Source: an uncultured virus (IMG/VR IMGVR_UViG_3300035034_002688)
Taxonomy: Duplodnaviria > Heunggongvirae > Uroviricota > Caudoviricetes
Virus record (IMG/VR): IMGVR_UViG_3300035034_002688
Strand: one strand, 5' to 3'
DNA: 64,000 nt
The notes under the pieces are model-generated. The model worked only from the letters and a program-made list of their open reading frames with translations. It did not search any database and had not been told where the DNA came from. Of this stretch, positions 9,116 through 16,113 are shown in pieces. The first letter of the stretch is position 1, and each line of letters begins with the position of its first letter. The translations under genes were made by a program, and so were the position numbers.

Positions 9116-9162
9116 TCAACCTCCTGTGGTCTGTATATACCACAGGAGGTTGAAGCTGTAAA
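9116..9162 (-). promoter_or_regulatory. Promoter of the orf-orf-cas3 unit inside a 15-bp perfect inverted repeat
   Basis: TTTACA-N17-TATATA; arms TCAACCTCCTGTGGT (9116-9130) and ACCACAGGAGGTTGA (9139-9153). Confidence 0.7.
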
Positions 9163-9495
9163 AGGAAAACCCCACGTGTGTGGGGAAGGGGCGCGTAACT
9201 GCGGGGGAGGTCGTAGGAGCAGGGGAACATCCCCGCGTGTGCGGGGAAGGGCAACTGTATCAACTCAGCGTCCGGGAGTACGTGGGAACATCCCCGCGTG
9301 TGCGGGGAAGGGTTTTTGGGCGATCTTGCCCCTTTGGATGATCGGGGAACATCCCCGCGTGTGCGGGGAAGGGTTGAGCGTGTCGGCGGCGTCGTCGAGG
9401 GCGTAGGGGACATCCCCGCGTGTGCGGGGAAGGGGCGCTGACGCGCTCCCCCAAGACCGTGATCGTGGGGACATCCCCGCGTGTGCGGGGAAGGG
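9162..9495 (-). CRISPR. CRISPR array 2, 6 repeats (last degenerate) / 5 spacers
   Basis: Repeat CCCTTCCCCGCACACGCGGGGATGT(T/C)CCC (minus) at 9223, 9284, 9345, 9406, 9467; degenerate trailer at 9162; 32-bp spacers. Confidence 0.97.
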
Positions 9496-9645
9496 TCTGT
9501 GCCAAGAAGTCACATGCGTTAGATCGCGTAAGTATTCGGTTTTCAAAGACTTCTCAGATCCAGCGCCGTTCGGTGCCACCCTTGAGCGACCTCTCCGAGG
9601 TCCTTATGGTAACCTTGGAGAGGGAGACCTGTCAAGCCTCTTTCA
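9496..9645 (-). promoter_or_regulatory. Leader and promoter of array 2
   Basis: Homologous to the array 3 leader; TGAAAGAGGCTTGACA...TACCAT promoter-like element. Confidence 0.8.
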
Positions 9646-9666
9646 CAGCCTCGAAGAACACGGGGA

Positions 9667-9704
9667 GGGGACATCCCCGCGTGTACGGGGAAGAGTCTGT
9701 GCCA
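9667..9704 (-). repeat. Solitary CRISPR repeat with 9 nt of leader junction
   Basis: TGGCACAGA + CTCTTCCCCGTACACGCGGGGATGTCCCC, 171 bp upstream of array 2. Confidence 0.85.
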
Positions 9705-9842
9705 TACGTGTGAACTTGAGCATGGGGAAGTCCTCAAAGAAGAAGTAGGGGTCCACGGATTTTCGAGGGTAGCGAAAAAAGCAGCATTGGTAACCTCTTT
9801 TGGCAGGGATACCACAACCACCTCCCCCACGTCAAGGGGGTA

Positions 9843-10439
9843 TTACGTGCTCCAACGTGCGCCGTGGAACGTGTGCTCCACATCTCGTCCAGCCTGATCC
9901 GGGAAGACGGGATGCTGGGCAGAGTAGCCCAAGGTCAGGAGCTTGAGGTAGGCCATGTAGCAGGGGTTGAACAGGACCTTGATGTCGAAGTGGTTGAGCC
10001 CTGACCCCTTACACTTCTGCTCCAGCGTGGAGATGTAGGGACACGTGATCTCCGTGCTGTCCCAGTTGTATCCTTCCACGAAGGCGGAAGCGGCGGCATC
10101 CTCCGCCCACTGTCGAACCTTGGTGAGGGTGTCCAGGGGGCGATCACGAACTCGTCGGTGCTTGATCGCCTCCTCAAACACCAGATCGTATTCACGCTGG
10201 AGGTAGTCCTGAAGACGCAACCCCTTCGAGGCGGAGGTACGACGTGGGCGAGCCCCAGCACCAAGAGCTGCTTCACGTGCAAGCGTGAGGGTCTCCTCCT
10301 TGGTTCGGTAGCTCGGATCTTCGGCCGTGATCAGGCCCGCCTGGATGGCGGTCGTAATCGCGACGCGGTAATGCGCGGTCTCTGGCTTTGTATCGTAGAA
10401 CTCGACAGCTTCCAGGACGTCTTGTGCGGTGGGCTTCAT
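9843..10439 (-). CDS. Hypothetical protein
   Basis: 198-aa ORF with GGAG RBS; no recognised motif. Confidence 0.7.
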   Translation of the reverse strand: MKPTAQDVLEAVEFYDTKPETAHYRVAITTAIQAGLITAEDPSYRTKEETLTLAREAALGAGARPRRTSASKGLRLQDYLQREYDLVFEEAIKHRRVRDRPLDTLTKVRQWAEDAAASAFVEGYNWDSTEITCPYISTLEQKCKGSGLNHFDIKVLFNPCYMAYLKLLTLGYSAQHPVFPDQAGRDVEHTFHGARWST

Positions 10440-10492
10440 TTGAAGGCTCCAGGTTGTAGATAGAGTTAAGGATCGCGCTCTTGTTGCTTGCC

Positions 10493-10867
10493 TCAGGATT
10501 TACTTCCAATGCGTAGGGCGGTACCCGAGCGCGCGTTGCCACCCACGCTCAAGCATGTGAGAGAGGTACCCGCGCGTACATCACCTGCGATGCCCTCCCC
10601 TACAGTCACGCTGCCTCCCGCCTTCACCTCTCCCGTCACACTGCCCCTTTCCACGTGTACGGACCCCACATCGCCAGGGAGGGTCACGCGGAACTCTTCA
10701 TTGTCCGTGACCACCTCTCCATGCACTTCATCATCGACGAGGATTGTGTACCGTACGACGACCTTCACGCCCTTCCGCTCTTCGCGCGTCCCACCTCCAA
10801 TAGAAATGTGCGCGCCCGAGATGGTAGAGTTGGAGATGTTCCCCGAGATCGTGATGTTCTTGCTCAT
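10493..10867 (-). CDS. Small Gly/Val-rich beta-solenoid (bactofilin/polymer-forming-like) protein
   Basis: Repeats GDVGSV, GSVTGEVKAGGSV, GDVRAGTSL, GNARSG; AGGAG RBS; upstream TGTGGTAC promoter. Confidence 0.6.
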   Translation of the reverse strand: MSKNITISGNISNSTISGAHISIGGGTREERKGVKVVVRYTILVDDEVHGEVVTDNEEFRVTLPGDVGSVHVERGSVTGEVKAGGSVTVGEGIAGDVRAGTSLTCLSVGGNARSGTALRIGSKS

Positions 10868-11000
10868 GTGCCTTTCTCCTGAGTGTGAAACGGGTCAGAT
10901 AGGATGTACCACAGCACATGAGCGATGGTAAAGCACGAAAAAGCCCCTCCGTGCGGCAGCTCTTCAGCTACGACATGGAGGGGCTTTGAGGGGTCGATCT

Positions 11001-11360
11001 TCAGACGCTCAGGGAGGCCTTGCCGTAGTACGAGTTGGACATCGCGGACGCCTTCCAGCCCCACTCGTCACGGCAATACTGCAAGAACTGAGACCGCTCC
11101 AGAACCACCTCTTCCTTGACAGACATGCTGAACATGTCGATCACCTCCTCGTAGTCCTTGACATGGCTCGTAGGGCACTGACCCTCAAGCCTCTTGAGCT
11201 TCCGGGGGAAGGACGTGAGGTCCGAGACATCCATCTCCTCACACGTCTCCTGGAGGTCCTCGCGCCACAGCTTGAGCGCCTCCAGGTAAGTCTTCTCGTG
11301 CGTCTCCATGTTAGCTTCGAGTCGCTCCAGCAACTCCTCCGTCTTGACCGTAACCTGCAT
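11001..11360 (-). CDS. Hypothetical phage protein
   Basis: Likely start MQVTVK at 11360 after GGTGGAG; helical, charged 119 aa. Confidence 0.7.
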   Translation of the reverse strand: MQVTVKTEELLERLEANMETHEKTYLEALKLWREDLQETCEEMDVSDLTSFPRKLKRLEGQCPTSHVKDYEEVIDMFSMSVKEEVVLERSQFLQYCRDEWGWKASAMSNSYYGKASLSV

Positions 11361-11457
11361 CTCTCCACCTCTGTACATGCCCATCTTGATATCCTCGATC
11401 GCGAGTGAGCGTCGAAGGTAACTCAGACATGCCTCGCCGTCAAGTCGGGGGGTATCT

Positions 11458-11627
11458 TGAAAGAGGCTTGACACATCCGGCGTGTTGCGGTTACAGTAAT
11501 GAAGCCTGGAGCGGTGGAGAGCGGTGGAGAGCGGTGGAGAGCGGTGACCTTGTTTGGCACCGAACCTGAGAAGTCTTTGAAAACCGAATACTTACGTCAT
11601 TCCGCTCATGTGACTTCTTGGCACAGA
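11458..11627 (+). promoter_or_regulatory. Leader and promoter of array 3, containing (GCGGTGGAGA)x3.6
   Basis: TGAAAGAGGCTTGACA...TACAGT; leader blocks CTGAGAAGTCTTTGAAAACCGAATACTTACG and CATGTGACTTCTTGGCACAGA identical to the array 2 leader. Confidence 0.8.
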
Positions 11628-12227
11628 CCTTTCCCCACGCACGTGGGGATGTTCCCATGTAGCAAGACATGTAGTAGGAGGCGCTGGGCCTTTCCCCACG
11701 CACGTGGGGATGTTCCCTACAGGAGTTCCTTGGGGGCTATCTGAGGGGGCCTTTCCCCACGCACGTGGGGATGTTCCCGTGGGGCGGTCTGGATGAGGCA
11801 GGCATCCTCACCTTTCCCCACGCACGTGGGGATGTTCCGCGTCCGCATCAAGGGCCGCAACCTGGGTGGGCCCTTTCCCCACGCACGTGGGGATGTTCCC
11901 TCACCTCGAAGGGTCCCCGCCCCCTCAAAGTCCCTTTCCCCACGCACGTGGGGATGTTCCCTTCCTCCAGGATCTCAGTGTCTTCGGGAACGTCCTTTCC
12001 CCACGCACGTGGGGCTGTTCCTGTTCCTGTTCCTGTTCCTGTTCCGCCTTGGCTCCCAGGACCATCGCTCGTGACGAGCCCTTCCCCGTACACGCGGGGG
12101 TGTTCCCTCTGTGCTACCGCAGCGTCGACCTTGGCCCCCTTCCCCGCACACGCGGGGATGTCCCGTCCAAAATCGTCCGTGGTCCCCCGTGAGGCCCTCT
12201 TCCCCACGCACGTGGGGACTTTGTTCC
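11628..12227 (+). CRISPR. CRISPR array 3, 10 repeats / 9 spacers, degenerate distal end
   Basis: Repeat CCTTTCCCCACGCACGTGGGGATGTTCC(C/G) at 11628, 11689, 11750, 11811, 11872, 11933, 11994; variant repeats at 12079, 12137, 12197. Confidence 0.97.
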
Positions 12228-12276
12228 TCTCCTTATATGCTGTATCCCTGGAGACCCACCACTTTGGAGCAGGCAC

Positions 12277-12897
12277 ATGGCTTTTGATTTTCTCGGTACC
12301 TTTACGCGACCTCAGCTCGACGCGTTGGATACGTTCGTCCGTGCTCATGCCGTCAACGCGGCTCAGCGGATCACGGCTATCAAAGGGGAGATAGAGCGCC
12401 TCGGATGGCTGGAGTACGACTTCAATGAGGAGGGACAACGCGTGGGATACCGCGTCGCTCCGGAAGGCAGCACGCTCCACAGGTACGCGATGGCGTTTGC
12501 CTATGAAGGGGGAGACCTCAACGCCTTGCAGATCCGATCACGAGGAGACTGGATCTACCAGATCAAGGGGGAGTGGGACCTTCGAGAGGACGTGGCCTAT
12601 GCCGGAGGCGTCCCCTCGGAGGGTGAGTACCGGGACAGCGGCGGGCTCTACAATGATCAGGAGCCCGGCACAGAGGTGGAGAGGTTCAAGGAGCTGGTGA
12701 TCCCGAGCCTGAAGCGCCGGCGCGAAGACTCCGAATACCGCGTCAAGAGGACCGTGGACCGCTCCGACCAGCTCATAGAGGAGTTGATCCTGCTCATCAA
12801 GAGGACCACAGGAGCCGAGACCCTGGACGCGTTGCGCATCAACCTGGACTTCATGCTCGCGTCCGGGGACTATCCCTCGGCCACCAGCGACACCTGA
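12277..12897 (+). CDS. Hypothetical protein
   Basis: 206-aa ORF, GGAG RBS, GC3-rich codons. Confidence 0.8.
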   Translation: MAFDFLGTFTRPQLDALDTFVRAHAVNAAQRITAIKGEIERLGWLEYDFNEEGQRVGYRVAPEGSTLHRYAMAFAYEGGDLNALQIRSRGDWIYQIKGEWDLREDVAYAGGVPSEGEYRDSGGLYNDQEPGTEVERFKELVIPSLKRRREDSEYRVKRTVDRSDQLIEELILLIKRTTGAETLDALRINLDFMLASGDYPSATSDT

Positions 12898-13166
12898 CCC
12901 CCCGGAGACCTAATCCAGATGGAGTATGTTTCCGTCTTTGAGGGCCAACAGGTCAAGACCTGCCAGGAGGGCCTCAAGGTCTACATGCTCGGGGAGAGTC
13001 AAGACGAACATCTCTTCAACCTCCTGTAGAAGAGAGTTCTTGGGAAGACGCTTTGTGATTTCGTTCCGCGCTTCGTCCCGCCTTTTGGCGAGCTGGGCCG
13101 GAGTCTCCTCTTCAAGGGGGGGTCGGAGGGCGAAGAGATGTCTGCTCAGTGCGGCCTGCGAGTGTG

Positions 13167-13490
13167 TCAGGGCTGTATCTCTTGATTGTGTTGAGCTACG
13201 GCACTGGGCCAGTGTTTGAGGAGCGCCTGAGCGGCCTCCTCGAAGTCCCCCGTAGTATGTAGCTTTTCATCCCAGGATGCAACCGTCCACAGCTTCGTCT
13301 CTCGGTTCTGGGTCACCTCAAGCAGGGTCTCCCACTCGCCGCCCAGCTCTTCGTGTTCCCACCAGATGCAGCAGAAGATGGGGTCGTGACAGCGACGCAT
13401 GGCTTGCACCGACCCATGCGTCGCTTCGTACACGTGGCAGTCCTTTGGGAGCAGCTCCTTGAGGCGTGCGACTTGTTCATCCAGGGTCAT
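13167..13490 (-). CDS. Hypothetical protein
   Basis: 107-aa ORF with ATGA overlap to the upstream gene. Confidence 0.6.
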   Translation of the reverse strand: MTLDEQVARLKELLPKDCHVYEATHGSVQAMRRCHDPIFCCIWWEHEELGGEWETLLEVTQNRETKLWTVASWDEKLHTTGDFEEAAQALLKHWPSAVAQHNQEIQP

Positions 13491-13996
13491 CGTACCACCA
13501 CCTCGCTGTAGGCCTTCTTTTCTTTGGGCGCAGGCATGACCGGCACTCCGATTGTGTACTCTTCGGGAGGGTCTTCGGGAGGGTCTTCGGGAGGGTCTTC
13601 GCGGCGTGTCGAAGTCTCAACATGTGGGGGAGAGGGAGGGTTCTCTATTATGGTGAGGGTACGTGTGACCGGCATGAGGCGGTCGTAAGGTCTCGTAAGC
13701 GCGAAGAAGGTGAAGACCGTGAGAAGTGCCTCCATATCCCCCTGATAAACCAGGAGAATCACCATCAGGACCTCCGCCACGAACAGCGTAGGCTCCTTGA
13801 AAGGCGCCAGGAGAGGCCGCGCTTCCCCCCCTGTCCACCATCCCCACGCATCATACAGGGTGAAACAGACGAGGCTGAGTATGACCAGAGGGGGTCCAGA
13901 TAGTCGGCGTAGTAGAAGGCGACCGCATACACAGGGCGCAGTAAGAGCGAACACAGTACGCGGGGGGAAGGGAGGGTATAGGTTTTCACAGGACAC
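13487..13996 (-). CDS. Hypothetical membrane protein with PPED repeats
   Basis: Several hydrophobic segments; 12-bp tandem unit at 13560-13600 encodes (PPED)n; start uncertain. Confidence 0.55.
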   Translation of the reverse strand: MSCENLYPPFPPRTVFALTAPCVCGRLLLRRLSGPPLVILSLVCFTLYDAWGWWTGGEARPLLAPFKEPTLFVAEVLMVILLVYQGDMEALLTVFTFFALTRPYDRLMPVTRTLTIIENPPSPPHVETSTRREDPPEDPPEDPPEEYTIGVPVMPAPKEKKAYSEVVVR

Positions 13997-14072
13997 CTCG
14001 TGTGTGGGTCAGGCCTTCTTGATACTGCAAACGGCTCGCGCCCGTCAAGTCAGATCTTCGTGTGAAATAGTT

Positions 14073-14150
14073 TTTACGACCCACCCCCCTTGTGGTATAT
14101 GATGTATGTAAGACAACACAGCGCCCCAACGGCGCACCACGACACAGGAG
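14073..14150 (+). promoter_or_regulatory. Conserved phage promoter plus 5' leader hairpin
   Basis: TTTACG-N17-TATATG with TTGTGG extension, then GTAAGAC, GCGCC-CCAAC-GGCGC and CACGAC before AGGAG. Confidence 0.75.
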
Positions 14151-14156
14151 CTTCTC

Positions 14157-14432
14157 ACGTCTGATCTCAACTACATCGCTCTCGGCCCCAAAAAACAGAT
14201 CCTCAACAAGGGTCGCATCACCGACATCAATGAGTTCATGAAGCGCAAATGGCACCGCGAATGTGAGATCGTGGGTGTCGATGAGGACGGCATCATCATG
14301 GGCCACGTCCACGTCAACAGCAAGAGGGCGGGCTTGACCAACCTCACCAAGGTGAAGGGTACGCCCCTCAAGGTCTACCTCGCCCAGAACGGCTACCCGG
14401 AGGCGCCCGAGGCGTTCCTCAAGGGCGACTGA
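14157..14432 (+). CDS. Hypothetical protein, probable ACG start (first ATG at 14238)
   Basis: AGGAG RBS 6 nt before an in-frame ACG; frame open with GC3-rich codons to stop at 14432. Confidence 0.6.
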   Translation, partial: TSDLNYIALGPKKQILNKGRITDINEFMKRKWHRECEIVGVDEDGIIMGHVHVNSKRAGLTNLTKVKGTPLKVYLAQNGYPEAPEAFLKGD

Positions 14433-14516
14433 CCCCACCGGCCCTCCACGTAAGCCTTGACAGCTTCGGCCGTCAAGGCTTACGTACGTGTACACGCTTT
14501 GACGACGAGGTATAAA

Positions 14517-14825
14517 ATGAGCGATGAGAAACAGTTTTTCTGGTGCGGTTGGAACGTACCGTTTGCCGCAGCCGAACACGGAGGGGGGGTCTTCCCTTCC
14601 AACATGACGGGTTGGTGTACGGGCGAGGGAGGAGATTACGAGACCTGGGTAGGGGCGGTATGGGCTACGGACGCGGGGGCGGCCATGCAAACCGTGTATT
14701 CGTACTACGGAGAGGCTGCCAACCTCCTCAGCCCCCGTTGGGATGCAGACCCGAGAGGGACAGTGTTGAAGTTGAGTGACCGCTTCGGTACCACCCCGGA
14801 AGAGTTTGAGTGTCTCAAGGGGTGA
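14517..14825 (+). CDS. Hypothetical protein
   Basis: Start MSDEK after GAGGT. Confidence 0.65.
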   Translation: MSDEKQFFWCGWNVPFAAAEHGGGVFPSNMTGWCTGEGGDYETWVGAVWATDAGAAMQTVYSYYGEAANLLSPRWDADPRGTVLKLSDRFGTTPEEFECLKG

Positions 14826-14887
14826 TGGCGGTTATGTCCCTATGCCGAGGGTGCGTAACGCTCTAGCCCCTCACCCTCGGCATTCCC

Positions 14888-15961
14888 ATGACACAAGACC
14901 TACGACTCAGGAACATCTGTCCACACCGCGTCGCATGTGAGGCGCTGGCATTGGATGAAGACCGTCGCACGCTGCGTACGGTCATTCCACCCAGCTCCAC
15001 CTCCGTGGAAGTGTGCGTGAACGGAAAGGCCGTCCCACCTGGAGGCATCCTGACCGCCGTGCAGATCTCAGGCCTCCAGCCGGGACCTTTCACCATCGAA
15101 GCCGACGACAACGCTGAGGTCCTCATCTCGGTCAACGGAGGGGCGACACAGAGCGTGACGCTCCCGACCGGAGTAGCCGTGTCTGCGGCTCTTGTGGCGA
15201 GCGCGATCAACGATGGTGTGGAGGGGATCTCGGTTGAGTCCGAGCGTGGTCGGATCGTGATCACTCAGGACCTCAAGGGGGAGTCGGCTACGGTCCTTCT
15301 TGATGGAGGCAACGCGCACGCGACCCTTGGCTTCCCAGAAACGCGTCTCTATCGTGGCCGCGTGGGCTTTCCAGGATGGCGGCTGGTCCGTGATCCCCTC
15401 TCCCCCGTATCCTCGGATCGTGTGGTGTACTTCGACCGCGCGCTCCCCGCCTCGGACGACAGGTTCGAGCTGAGCTACCTCACGCAGCGCTCGCTGTGTC
15501 GTCGCTGTGGAGGCCTGGGGATCGAGAACGACTTCCGCTACGGCACTCAGGGTGACGTGATCTTGATCCAGAACGAGAGCTTGCTGCTCCAGGAGGTCGA
15601 GAAGATCGTGTTCACCATCCAGGGCTCCAACGTCTTCCACCAGTGGTACGGCACCAGCCTCATCAACCTGATTGGAACCAAGATCTCGGGGCCCAACGGC
15701 GGGCAGTTCCTGGAGACACGTCTCGTCTCCGAGATCCAAACAGCCCTTGACAGATACATCAGCATCAAGGCTCGTCAGGCTACCGAGCAGCCGGTCACCA
15801 CCCGTGAGCAGCTCTCACGTATCGTGTCGATCGAGGTCATACAGGATCGCGTGGACCCTACCATCTTCCGGGTCAAGGTGGCGCTGGAGAACCGGGCCAA
15901 CCAGCTCGTACGCTTCGAGGACACCCTGTTCGTGCTCGACGCACCGCTGCGCATCAACTGA
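14888..15961 (+). CDS. Baseplate wedge protein with C-terminal gp25/GPW-like domain
   Basis: LLQEVEKIVFTIQGSNVFHQWYGTSLINLIG...EIQTAL pattern; directly precedes a baseplate J-like gene. Confidence 0.75.
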   Translation: MTQDLRLRNICPHRVACEALALDEDRRTLRTVIPPSSTSVEVCVNGKAVPPGGILTAVQISGLQPGPFTIEADDNAEVLISVNGGATQSVTLPTGVAVSAALVASAINDGVEGISVESERGRIVITQDLKGESATVLLDGGNAHATLGFPETRLYRGRVGFPGWRLVRDPLSPVSSDRVVYFDRALPASDDRFELSYLTQRSLCRRCGGLGIENDFRYGTQGDVILIQNESLLLQEVEKIVFTIQGSNVFHQWYGTSLINLIGTKISGPNGGQFLETRLVSEIQTALDRYISIKARQATEQPVTTREQLSRIVSIEVIQDRVDPTIFRVKVALENRANQLVRFEDTLFVLDAPLRIN

Positions 15962-16113
15962 CGCGCTTGAGGAACTCCCCCAAGGGCTCTCCCACGATCC
16001 GCTCCCACGCCCGTGCAGCCTGCGTCATGTCGGCAGTATGGCTTTAGAATGTGCTTATAGACTGCGATCTGTGAAAGCCGACGTACCCGTACACGTTTCA
16101 GGAGATCACAGTC

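Noticed and set aside
9635..9666. Sequence after the solitary repeat as a guide against the array 3 promoter
   Set aside because: The shared TGAAAGAGGCT is PAM-distal only and is explained by leader duplication
9843..11360. Genes between arrays 2 and 3 as cas1/cas2/cas4
   Set aside because: No recognisable Cas1, Cas2 or Cas4 motifs
11963..11976. Array 3 spacer 6 shares TCCTCCAGGATCTC with the AAA ATPase gene at 31397-31410
   Set aside because: Only 14 of 32 nt, then diverges; plausible by chance. No full self-target was seen by eye, but an alignment is needed to exclude one
12910..13170. Open minus-strand frame THSQAALSRHLFALRPP...
   Set aside because: No standard start codon or clear RBS; cannot be supported
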